Shown one piece after another: positions 9,585 through 18,774 of a DNA stretch of 64,000 nt (the stretch's first letter is position 1; every line of letters begins with the position of its first letter). A model generated the notes under the pieces. It was not told where the DNA came from. It searched no databases and saw only the letters and a program-made list of their open reading frames with translations. This stretch comes from Cyanobacteria bacterium P01_D01_bin.156 (GTDB lineage Bacteria; Cyanobacteriota; Cyanobacteriia; Phormidesmidales; Phormidesmidaceae). The stretch is taken from the NCBI GenBank assembly GCA_039024555.1, contig JBCCQQ010000034.1, positions 1 to 64,000 of the forward strand. Reading direction: 5' to 3'. The position numbers were made by a program, and so were the translations under genes.

Positions 9585-10076
9585 ATGTTGTCCAAAATCC
9601 GTAATATAACCCACCGCGATACGGACGTAATCTTTCAGATCAACTCAGAATCTATTCCAGGAGTATCTGCATTTGATTCTGAGTACTACAACCTACTGGT
9701 TAGAGAGTGTGGGCTGTTTCGATTGATTGAGGTTGATAGTCGGGTGGCAGGCTATGTTTGCGCCATGAACCGTTTCGCGACTTACGATGGAGATGAATTT
9801 CACTGGTTCCAGAGCCACTTTCGTGAGAACTTTCTCTATGTCGACCAAATTGCGGTATCACAATTGCACAGAGGAAAAGGCTTCGGTCGAGCTCTGTATG
9901 AGAATTTGGAAACATACGCAATTCAGAAGAAAATCGCTCATCTGACGTGTGAGGTAAACTACAAACCGATAAATGCCGCATCGCGAGCATTTCACGCGCA
10001 CCTTGGATTCAAGGAATTAGGAAGACTAACAACACGGGGTATAGTAGTTTCACTCTTAGCGAAGAATATTGGCTGA
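9585..10076 (+). CDS. GNAT-family acetyltransferase (promoterless cassette-like gene)
   Basis: YVDQIAVSQLHRGKGFG acetyl-CoA motif and CEVN..P.N.AS..FH...GF. Confidence 0.9.
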   Translation: MLSKIRNITHRDTDVIFQINSESIPGVSAFDSEYYNLLVRECGLFRLIEVDSRVAGYVCAMNRFATYDGDEFHWFQSHFRENFLYVDQIAVSQLHRGKGFGRALYENLETYAIQKKIAHLTCEVNYKPINAASRAFHAHLGFKELGRLTTRGIVVSLLAKNIG

Positions 10077-10115
10077 TGAGCGAATGTATGTACGGTTAAC
10101 TTATTAGTCAGAGGC

Positions 10116-11369
10116 TCAATGGCACGCACAATAGAAGTTCAAACCTTGTTCATCAAGCTGCAGTAGCGTACGCAATAACACATCAGCTCCCTGACCACAT
10201 TGCTCTGGAGACGTATATTCATCTTCTGCATGGCTTACCCCGGACTGGCTAGGGACAAAAATCATGCCCATTTGGGTAAACCGACCAATTTCCTGGGCAT
10301 CGTGAATGGCACGACTCGGCATGGAATAATGGCTCAGCTTTAGGGAGTCACAGACAGTCGCAATAGTCTCTTGAATCTTAGGACTGGCCAAGGTGGGTTC
10401 TACCGCATGTTGTCGTTCTAACTGGATTTGAGTCCCTGTCGCTGTTTCAATTTCCTGTACCCGTTGTTGTAAACCATTGATCATAGCCTCAATGTTCTCC
10501 AGAGATAAATCTCGCATATCAATGGTCAGGTCCACCTGCCCTGGCACAATGTTGGCTGCATTGGGAGTCACATTTAGATACCCTACAGTGGCCACCTGAT
10601 CTCCGGGAACCGCTACATCATGTACTGCCGCTATTAGCAACGCAGCCGCATAGAGAGCATCCTGACGCATATCCATGGGGGTGGTGCCCGCATGGTTGGG
10701 ACGCCCCGTAATGGTCACTAGGTAACGCTGCAGGCTAACGATGCCCTGAACTACACCAATCTGACAGTCTCTCGCTTCTAGCACGCCTCCTTGTTCCACG
10801 TGCAATTCTAGATAAGCGGCTACATCCTGGAGTGTTCTTTGGGCATTAGCCAGATTATTCCAATCTCCACCAATGCGCTTTAAACAAGTTTGAATCGAGG
10901 TGCCATCCAAGCGTTGATAGAACTCTGCATCACTGTAATGAGCCGTTCCAGCCATGGCTTTACTGCCAATCATCTCTCCTTCTTCATCGGTGAATACAAT
11001 CACTTCAATGGGGTGTTTAAGGCGTTGCCCAGCCTCGTGGAGGGTGGCAACAACTTCGATGCCAGCCAGCACCCCTAGGGCTCCGTCATAGCGACCACCG
11101 GCAGGTACCGTATCAATGTGGGAACCTGTGGCCAGAGCTGGCAGATCTTGGGTCCCGTCATAGCGACCAATAATGTTACCCGCGGCATCTATGGTGATGA
11201 CCATGCCTACCTGTTCCATGGCGACAATTACCTGCTGGCGAGCGGCTAAGTCTTCTGGGCTGTAGGCCGTACGACGCACACCGCCACAGGAGAGTTGGCC
11301 AATGGTAGCCAGATCGCTTAATCTCCGTTGGAGTCGAGCGTGATTGGTTTGTAAAGCGACGGTAACCAT
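10116..11369 (-). CDS. M20 Zn-dependent amidohydrolase, copy 2
   Basis: GSHIDTV, GRYDG, DEEG, ELHVEQG, NHAGTTPM, SRAIHDA, SHAEDE. Confidence 0.92.
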   Translation of the reverse strand: MVTVALQTNHARLQRRLSDLATIGQLSCGGVRRTAYSPEDLAARQQVIVAMEQVGMVITIDAAGNIIGRYDGTQDLPALATGSHIDTVPAGGRYDGALGVLAGIEVVATLHEAGQRLKHPIEVIVFTDEEGEMIGSKAMAGTAHYSDAEFYQRLDGTSIQTCLKRIGGDWNNLANAQRTLQDVAAYLELHVEQGGVLEARDCQIGVVQGIVSLQRYLVTITGRPNHAGTTPMDMRQDALYAAALLIAAVHDVAVPGDQVATVGYLNVTPNAANIVPGQVDLTIDMRDLSLENIEAMINGLQQRVQEIETATGTQIQLERQHAVEPTLASPKIQETIATVCDSLKLSHYSMPSRAIHDAQEIGRFTQMGMIFVPSQSGVSHAEDEYTSPEQCGQGADVLLRTLLQLDEQGLNFYCACH

Positions 11370-11456
11370 AGAAGGATCCTAAAAGCTATGAATCTATCCT
11401 TATCGGAAAGGGTTTAGACTGTTGTTATTAAAATCACTGGAAAGTATTACGATTGG

Positions 11457-13037
11457 TTAAAGATCGCTTACTTTGTCTTTACTTAATACTGTTATGGAGA
11501 AAGGGGGTAACGTGTACTCACCATTAGAAACCTGTTGACTCAGAGTTTTAACTGTATCTGTTGTATCTGTTGGTGCACCATACACAGTGTATTGATATAG
11601 TTTGTCATTGTGCTCCATAAATGAAAGACCAATCTCATGGGCATCACCTGTGTAATTGACAAAAAGTACATTGGTCTTAACATCTCTGTTTTTACTAAAA
11701 GCCCATCCAACAATTCCCTTTTGCTGACTCTTCAGTAAAGGAGTGTTGGGAATCTCAAGGGACGTAGCTGTGTTCATGCCTTTACTAGCTTTAGCCCATA
11801 GCGAGATGGCTTTTGCATTTACCTTTACATCGTCTCTAGATTCCAGAATAGATGTCTTCCACTGATGTAAATTACTCATCTTAATATTTGTCTCATTGAG
11901 CCAGTGATCCAGTTTGTTGGACAGATACAGCCCATATGCCCACTGTGTTCTTCTGGGATCTGTTATGAAGGCACCATATTCGGTATACCATACATCCCAT
12001 TGATGCGATCGCGAAATAGGCATAGTTGATACATTTTGGCTGCCTCTCTGCGTTACTTTCCATGTATCGTTCCATTCTTTAAGAATATCGGATATGACAT
12101 CAGGGTCACTCATATTGATGCCCTCTGGTGGCGAATGGTAATAGTGTACCGATAATGCATCAATCACACTGCGATCATAGAGAGAGACTACTACATCATT
12201 CCACTTACGACGTCTCTTAGAGTGTCTTTCTGTAGCATCAGCTGCAATTGCTGCAACTCTCACGTTAGGAAAAGCATCCTTGATTTTTTTCGCGGCAATA
12301 TTCGCTGCGATCGCATAATGTCTCCCATCACCCGGAAAAACACCTGGACACTTTCTAAAGCACTGTATTTTAGATAGCCCTGATATATAAGGCTCAGTGC
12401 CCTTACCAAAATAGTACTCGTTACCTAACTCCACATAACGAATGGCTGCACCACTGTTTTCAGCACGTTTTAATGCTTCAATAAAAACATTGATTCGCTG
12501 ATCAAGTTCATTATGCCAGGTAGATGAGAGCGGTTTCGGTGCAGGAATGCTTTGGTCTGTTGTTAAGTTAGCAACAAAGACGATGCCGAAATCATTGCCC
12601 ATCCTGCTTTGCAACATTCCCATTTCTTCAATAGGATTGAGGGCTTGCTTCTTGATAGGATGACGTACCCATTGCAAAACAAAATGTTCCTTCAGCGTAT
12701 TAAAAAAACGATCATTCGCGTAATCCCAGTACGTGCTGACTGTTCCGCCAGGATAGCGTATGTTCGCTGGAGACACTGACTGGAACAGCCGATTATTGTA
12801 AGGTCGAGACCATGGTCTGTTAATAGCTGTCTGGTTGTTATTAAACCCGACCATGTGCGGATATATTGAGTATGATTCACTACTTTTATCTGCCACCAAT
12901 GCAGGGCAAGATATAGCAACATCCGACATTGCAATCGAAAGCGCACTGGCAAGCATTAAGCAACGAAATGATACTCTCCTAATATTTAAATAATATTGTT
13001 TGCACGTATGATTGCGAATAAAAATAGATGATGGCAT
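11457..13037 (-). CDS. Putative secreted clan GH-A glycoside hydrolase (GH51/GH79-like)
   Basis: IRYPGGT, VELGNE (acid/base), SVHYY, WYTEYG (nucleophile) and C-terminal TLPPFSITVL. The true start is probably downstream of 13037, near a signal-peptide-like segment. Confidence 0.65.
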   Translation of the reverse strand: MPSSIFIRNHTCKQYYLNIRRVSFRCLMLASALSIAMSDVAISCPALVADKSSESYSIYPHMVGFNNNQTAINRPWSRPYNNRLFQSVSPANIRYPGGTVSTYWDYANDRFFNTLKEHFVLQWVRHPIKKQALNPIEEMGMLQSRMGNDFGIVFVANLTTDQSIPAPKPLSSTWHNELDQRINVFIEALKRAENSGAAIRYVELGNEYYFGKGTEPYISGLSKIQCFRKCPGVFPGDGRHYAIAANIAAKKIKDAFPNVRVAAIAADATERHSKRRRKWNDVVVSLYDRSVIDALSVHYYHSPPEGINMSDPDVISDILKEWNDTWKVTQRGSQNVSTMPISRSHQWDVWYTEYGAFITDPRRTQWAYGLYLSNKLDHWLNETNIKMSNLHQWKTSILESRDDVKVNAKAISLWAKASKGMNTATSLEIPNTPLLKSQQKGIVGWAFSKNRDVKTNVLFVNYTGDAHEIGLSFMEHNDKLYQYTVYGAPTDTTDTVKTLSQQVSNGEYTLPPFSITVLSKDKVSDL

Positions 13038-13314
13038 AAAAAGCTCTTTCTGATAATTGATACGTTAGTTTCGATAAAAAGCTCATTGAGCACATGTTTA
13101 TATTTTACGTTTTCTGCCTCAAGTTGCCGAGAGGATAATCTTGCAACACCATTGAAATTGTAAAATAGGCATAAATCTAAATTTGGCAAGTCTATTGTTT
13201 ACTATGAATTGTTACAGCATGGTATGAAGCCATGCGGAAAAGTGCAGTCTGAACAGCTAGTCAATGTCCACTTTTCTAATATATTGATTATCAATTTGAA
13301 AGTAAGATTCCGGC

Positions 13315-15429
13315 ATGAAACTCATCGGCGTAGACATTGGCGGCACGTTTACTGATTTGATCCTGGCGGATGTTGCTCAACAGCAGACCTGGATTCATAA
13401 GGTGCCAACGACGGTGGATGATCCCTCCGTTGCCATGATTCAGGGAATTGAGACTCTATGTCAGATGGCTCAGGCGGACTACGGCGACATTGAGCATGTA
13501 CTCCACGGCACGACCATTGCTACCAATACGCTGTTGACCCATGATGGTGCCCGCACAGGCATGGTGACGACCAAAGGCTATCGCGATATTGTTCATATTG
13601 GTCGTCACCAAAGACCCCAGCATTATTCCATCATGCAGGATATTCCCTGGCAGGCAAGACCATTGGTGAAAAGGCGCGATCGCAAAGTTGTCTCCGAACG
13701 TCTCGACCCTAAAGGTGGCACACTTACCCCCCTAAATGAAGCCGAAGCCAAAACCGCCATTCTTGAGCTCAAAGAAGCTGGTGTTGAATCCATTGCCATT
13801 TGTTTCCTCAACTCCTACTTTGATGCCCGTCACGAAGAACGGGTGGCTGCCATCGCTAAAGAACTTTATCCAGAGGCATTTATCACCACCAGTGCCAGTA
13901 TCTTTCCCCAGTTTCGAGAATTTGAACGGTTCACCACCGCCTGTATTAACGCCTTTGTCGGTCCTAAGGTTAAACGCTACATCAACAACCTCAGCCAGAG
14001 TCTGAAACAACAATCCGTGCGGGGTGAACTACACATCATGCGTTCCAATGGCGGAGTGGCCACTGCCGATGTGGCCGGAGAACAGCCCGTTACGTTGTTG
14101 TTGTCTGGGTTAGCTGCAGGCGTACTGGGCGGGGCCGCTGCGGGGGCTGGGTCCGATCGCCTGATCACCTTTGACATGGGTGGCACCAGTACTGACATTG
14201 GCATTGTTACCGAGCGCGGCTTTGCCGAGGCTACCGCCAGAGATACTTGGATTGCTGGCTACCCTGTGATGGTACCCATGATCGACGTGCATACTATTGG
14301 GGCTGGTGGCGGCAGCATTGCCTATGTTGATGCAGGCGGTGCGTTTCGCGTCGGTCCCCGCAGTGCCGGAGCCGAGCCCGGTCCTGTCTGTTACGACAAG
14401 GGTGGCACCGAAGTTACCGTAACCGATGCCAACGTTGTTCTCAATCGGTTAGACCCGGAGTACTTTCTCGGGGGTGAAATGACCATCTACCCAGAGAAGG
14501 CCTTTGCCGCAGTGCAGGCTCTAGCGGATCGTATGGGTCTGGACCTCTATGAAACCGCAGCAGGAATTCTCACTATTGTGAATAACAATATGGCCAATGC
14601 CATTCGCTCTCGCACCATTCAAAAAGGACAAGATCCTCGTAAGTTTGCTCTGGTGGCCCAGGGAGGGGCGGGACCACTCCACGCTGCTGAAGTTGCCCTA
14701 TCCCTGGGTATTCCCGAAGTGATTGTTCCCCGCTATCCCGGTATTACCTCCGCCATGGGGCTGCTCACCACCGACCTGAAGCATGATCTCATTCAAAACG
14801 AATTTACCCTCAGCACCGAGCCCAATTTGCCTAAGCTAAATGCTGACCTGCAAGCGTTAGAAACCCAGGTCAAAGAACAACTACGGGCCGATGGCTTTAG
14901 TGAAACAGAAATGACCTTACAGCGGTTTGCCGACTGTCGCTATGTGGGCCAGGGCTACGAACTGCGGGCTCAGGTCCCCGGTGGCATTCTAGATGAGACC
15001 GCCCTGCAAACAGTGTGGCAACAGTTCCACGATCTCCACACTGGCGAATATGGCCACGCCTTTCCAGAAAACCCTGTCGAATTGGTAACCCTTAGGGTGA
15101 CTGGCACCGGCCCCATGCCCAAACTCTCCGATTTCCCCGCCCCCACCCAAGGAGACTTAAAAGACGCCTGGCTAAAAACAGCCGTTACCTATTTTCGAGT
15201 TGATGGCCAGCTAGAAGAATACTCCACCCAGTTCTTTGATCGAGACCGCTTACCTATGGGTGCTCAAATTGAAGGCCCTGCCGTTATCTTCCAAAAAGAC
15301 TCTACGATTCTGTTGCCTCCCCACAGTCACACTGTCGTAGAACCCAACGGCAATCTGGTCATTCGCGTAACCAATGATTCCATGATGGATAAAGCGCTGG
15401 AAATGGCCACCGCTCAAAGTCCAGCCTAA
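13315..15429 (+). CDS. hyuA: Hydantoinase A / 5-oxoprolinase ATP-binding subunit
   Basis: GVDIGGTFTD, HGTTIATN, FDMGGTSTD, IGAGGGSI, GPRSAGA.PGP. Confidence 0.92.
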   Translation: MKLIGVDIGGTFTDLILADVAQQQTWIHKVPTTVDDPSVAMIQGIETLCQMAQADYGDIEHVLHGTTIATNTLLTHDGARTGMVTTKGYRDIVHIGRHQRPQHYSIMQDIPWQARPLVKRRDRKVVSERLDPKGGTLTPLNEAEAKTAILELKEAGVESIAICFLNSYFDARHEERVAAIAKELYPEAFITTSASIFPQFREFERFTTACINAFVGPKVKRYINNLSQSLKQQSVRGELHIMRSNGGVATADVAGEQPVTLLLSGLAAGVLGGAAAGAGSDRLITFDMGGTSTDIGIVTERGFAEATARDTWIAGYPVMVPMIDVHTIGAGGGSIAYVDAGGAFRVGPRSAGAEPGPVCYDKGGTEVTVTDANVVLNRLDPEYFLGGEMTIYPEKAFAAVQALADRMGLDLYETAAGILTIVNNNMANAIRSRTIQKGQDPRKFALVAQGGAGPLHAAEVALSLGIPEVIVPRYPGITSAMGLLTTDLKHDLIQNEFTLSTEPNLPKLNADLQALETQVKEQLRADGFSETEMTLQRFADCRYVGQGYELRAQVPGGILDETALQTVWQQFHDLHTGEYGHAFPENPVELVTLRVTGTGPMPKLSDFPAPTQGDLKDAWLKTAVTYFRVDGQLEEYSTQFFDRDRLPMGAQIEGPAVIFQKDSTILLPPHSHTVVEPNGNLVIRVTNDSMMDKALEMATAQSPA

Positions 15430-15528
15430 TTATGTTCCTACTTTTCCCTTGCCCCTGCGGTGTATACATAGGTTAGAGAGAATGGCTAAATCCTTTGGAC
15501 TTAAATGGCTTCAGAATTATCTAACAAG

Positions 15529-15627
15529 GGTTCCCCTTACGAAGGGGAACCGTCAGGGAGGGGTTTGGCTAACTTGCGCTAACGACCGAAGACCCCTCCG
15601 GCGGTTCCCCTTGCCAAGGGGAACCGC
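15529..15627. repeat. Inverted pair of short palindromic dispersed repeats
   Basis: GGTTCCCCTT-ACG-AAGGGGAACC...GGAGGGGT and ACCCCTCC-GGCGGTTCCCCTT-GCC-AAGGGGAACC. Confidence 0.75.
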
Positions 15628-15703
15628 TGCTAGTCATGCTCAATGCCAATAGTCTTCCAAATTACGACAACCCCTCTCCCTTTCCCTTTCCCCCTGTCTC
15701 CCC

Positions 15704-17491
15704 ATGACTATTTCCCCCTTAAAACCTCGCCAGCTCCCCAAAATCGACCCCGTCACTGCCCAGGTTCTTGCCGGAGCCCTCAACGGGATTGCCCTAGAGA
15801 TGGGCCACAAGCTTGCCCGCATGTCCTATTCCAGCATCATTCGTGAATCTGAGGACTTTGGTGCCGCTATTCTTGATGCCGACTGTCAGCAGCTGGCCGA
15901 ATGCGCCTACAGTACTCCTCTGCAGCTAGGCCCTATTCCTGGCTATATGCGGGGCGTGCTCAAGGCCATGGAAGAAGATGGAGAAGAGTTTTACCCCGGT
16001 GATGTGATTCTCCACAACCATGCCTACTACGGTGCTTCCCATGGACCGGATATTGGTATTGGCATTCCCATTTTTCAAGGAGAAGAACTGATTGGGTATT
16101 CCTTTACCACCGCCCACCATCTGGATATTGGCTCCTCATCCCCTGGTAGCTGTGGCATTGTGGACGCGGTGGATGCCTTTGCCGAAGGTCTCCAGTTTAA
16201 GGCGGTCAAAATCTATGAGAAAGGGGTTAAAAATCGTCAGGTGTGGCGCATGCTGCGACAAAATATTCGCAGTGCTCAGGTGGTCGTCGGCGATATTGAA
16301 GCTCAGGTAGCGGCTTGTCGGGTGGGGGAACAACGGTTTTTAGAGTTGGTGGATCAGTACGGGCTGGGTACGGTGTTGGCGGCCAGTGAAGTGCTGATGA
16401 ATTATTCCGAACGGATGATTCGTCAGGCTGTTGAAAAGCTGCCGGATGGCACCTACTCTGCCGAAGGGTTTATCGATGGGTTTTTAGATGATCCAGACCC
16501 CAGCAAAAAAGACTTAAAAATTGCGGTTACGGTCACCATCGACGGTAGCGATATGACCATCGACCTGACTGGCACAGCGCCCCAGGTGGACGATCGCCCC
16601 ATCAATATGCCCTTTGTCGGCACTGTGGATATTGCTATTTTTGTCACCCTGCGGTCTGTTTTACTGGATACGGCCCTGATGGAATATGTCCCTCAGAATT
16701 CTGGCCTGACCCGCCCTATCCACATTGTTGCTCCCAAGGGCTGTCTAGCAAATCCCATTTATCCAGCTCCAGTGATTGCCCGCTGTTGTCCAGGTAATAT
16801 TGTTGCTGACACTCTCATGAAAGCTCTAGCTCAGGTAGCTCCGCAGAATGTCAGTGGCGGTATCGGTAATATTAAAGTGGTGTCCTACAGTGGTGCGGTG
16901 GATGAAGACTACTGGGTCTACATGGATATCACCGAAGGCAGCTACGGCGGTCGCTATGGCAAGGACGGTATGGACGGTGTAGATACGCTGTATGCCAACA
17001 CCCGCAACAATCCCATTGAAGATATTGAGGCCCATTTACCTTTGAGGGTTACCCGATATGAGCTGATTGAAGATGCTAGCGGTGCGGGTAAATGGCGCGG
17101 TGGACTAGGTTCGATTCGAGATATTCAGTTTCTTTCACCGGGGCAAATGTCCTTAGAAGGAGAAGGTAATAAGTACGCACCCTGGGGCATCTTTGGCGGC
17201 GAAGATGGTACCCCTGGCGGCGTGCAAATTCTCAATCCAGAGGAGGAGGAGGTGCAGATTTTGCCGTCTAAGTTTCCCTGCCGTAAGACCAAACCTGGTG
17301 ACACGCTACGCACGATCAGCCCCTGCGGCGGTGGCTATGGTAATCCCTTAGAACGCGATCCGGTCCTAATTTTAGAAGATGTCTTAGATGGATTTTTGAC
17401 TGTTGAGTCTGCGCGACGAGACTATCGTGTAGTGGTCGATCCGGTCACATTGACCATCGACCAAACAGCAACAGCCTCACTGCGGCAATAG
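15704..17491 (+). CDS. hyuB: Hydantoinase B / oxoprolinase catalytic subunit
   Basis: SYSSIIRESEDF, HHLDIG, EGLQ, NNPIEDIE, SGAGKWRGGLG, GGGYGNP. Confidence 0.92.
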   Translation: MTISPLKPRQLPKIDPVTAQVLAGALNGIALEMGHKLARMSYSSIIRESEDFGAAILDADCQQLAECAYSTPLQLGPIPGYMRGVLKAMEEDGEEFYPGDVILHNHAYYGASHGPDIGIGIPIFQGEELIGYSFTTAHHLDIGSSSPGSCGIVDAVDAFAEGLQFKAVKIYEKGVKNRQVWRMLRQNIRSAQVVVGDIEAQVAACRVGEQRFLELVDQYGLGTVLAASEVLMNYSERMIRQAVEKLPDGTYSAEGFIDGFLDDPDPSKKDLKIAVTVTIDGSDMTIDLTGTAPQVDDRPINMPFVGTVDIAIFVTLRSVLLDTALMEYVPQNSGLTRPIHIVAPKGCLANPIYPAPVIARCCPGNIVADTLMKALAQVAPQNVSGGIGNIKVVSYSGAVDEDYWVYMDITEGSYGGRYGKDGMDGVDTLYANTRNNPIEDIEAHLPLRVTRYELIEDASGAGKWRGGLGSIRDIQFLSPGQMSLEGEGNKYAPWGIFGGEDGTPGGVQILNPEEEEVQILPSKFPCRKTKPGDTLRTISPCGGGYGNPLERDPVLILEDVLDGFLTVESARRDYRVVVDPVTLTIDQTATASLRQ

Positions 17492-17536
17492 TGGGGTAAA
17501 TTAGCGACATAACGCTGCATCAACTTCTTTAGGTAA

Positions 17537-17935
17537 ATGTCGAAGATTATCGATAAGGTTGGCTGGATATTGATCCAAGACCAGAAGCTTCTGTGTGTTC
17601 GTTCCTATGGTAAAACCTTGTTCTACATTCCCGGTGGTAAGCGCGAATCTGGAGAGAGCGATCGCAAAACCCTGAGTCGGGAAATACAAGAAGAACTATC
17701 GGTGACGATTGCCTCAGAAATCAGTTACTTGGACACATTTTCAGCCCCAGCTGACGGGAAGAACGCCGATGTAATCGTCACGGTGAAATGCTACCAGGCC
17801 GACTTTTTAGGCAAGTTGCAACCCAGTGCTGAAATCGAAGAAATGAAATGGCTCGGGTCTGGTGACCTAGCCCTATGTTCAAAAGCAACAATCGCGATCC
17901 TCAACAACATGATTGATAAAGGATTAGTAATGTAA
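17537..17935 (+). CDS. NUDIX hydrolase
   Basis: Nudix box GGKRESGESDRKTLSREIQEEL. Confidence 0.9.
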   Translation: MSKIIDKVGWILIQDQKLLCVRSYGKTLFYIPGGKRESGESDRKTLSREIQEELSVTIASEISYLDTFSAPADGKNADVIVTVKCYQADFLGKLQPSAEIEEMKWLGSGDLALCSKATIAILNNMIDKGLVM

Positions 17936-17997
17936 CTCGAATAACTGTTATTAAAACATTGCTAAAGAAGCCAAGTCAGCGTGATAAAAGAGCATAT

Positions 17998-18639
17998 TTA
18001 GGCGTTAAGTGTTTTGCGAAACGCGTTAACAGCCTGGGTTTGGCTAGGATAGTCAACAAATTTTGCTAAGACTGACAGGTCTAATCCAGGTAGAAGGCGG
18101 CTTAATGATATCGCTTCATAACCCATTTCGGGGTTGATTAAGCTGTACAAACTAAACGTTTGATTTTCCCAAAACCAAACTTCCTGAACACCCAGGCCTT
18201 TATAAACGGACAGTTTGTCAAGTCCACCACTGGTTAAGACAATTTCAATGGCAATGTCTGGTGCCTCCTCCAGTTCCCCAAGGCTGTAACATTCGTCAGG
18301 TTCTAAACCACGGGCAGCTGCTTCTTGGCGAAAGGTGGCAGAACCGTAGCCATTTAGGTCAATATCCGCTTCCTCCGCAAAAGCTTCTATGAGCCGAGCA
18401 ATGATTTTTTTAAGACGCTCATGTTCGGGGGAGGTGGTTATAAGTTCTAGGATGCCCTCCAAGTAGGTCATCCGTAAGGCTGGGAATTGGTCGATAAACA
18501 GCGTTATCAAAGCATCGTACTGCTGCCAAGTCACTCCTTCAAGGGTGAGATATTGCTCAGCAGCAGGGGGATTTTCCTTAAGGTTGATTAAGGAAGCGGT
18601 CATCGATATGCGGTCATCTTGAGCAAGGGAGTATGCCAT
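17998..18639 (-). CDS. Uma2-family (PD-(D/E)XK) endonuclease
   Basis: EPDECY, PDIAIEI, LGVQEVWFW. Start may be ATG 18603. Confidence 0.9.
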   Translation of the reverse strand: MAYSLAQDDRISMTASLINLKENPPAAEQYLTLEGVTWQQYDALITLFIDQFPALRMTYLEGILELITTSPEHERLKKIIARLIEAFAEEADIDLNGYGSATFRQEAAARGLEPDECYSLGELEEAPDIAIEIVLTSGGLDKLSVYKGLGVQEVWFWENQTFSLYSLINPEMGYEAISLSRLLPGLDLSVLAKFVDYPSQTQAVNAFRKTLNA

Positions 18640-18774
18640 GAATTGAGCAACCTGCCTTTCATTCTAATAGCACTGTCTAATACGAGACCTTAAGGATTAT
18701 TGCTCGTCTGTTCCATGGCAGTCATTGGTTAAGGCTGTCAGGTACGATGCCACCAAAGACGACTCCCTTCAATT

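Noticed and set aside
13202..13216. NtcA box upstream of hyuA (CTA-N8-TACA)
   Set aside because: One mismatch to GTA-N8-TAC and no properly spaced TAN3T -10 box; too weak to call.
15449..15846. Short ORFs between hyuA and hyuB
   Set aside because: They are translations of palindromic or low-complexity repeats, or overlap hyuB out of frame.
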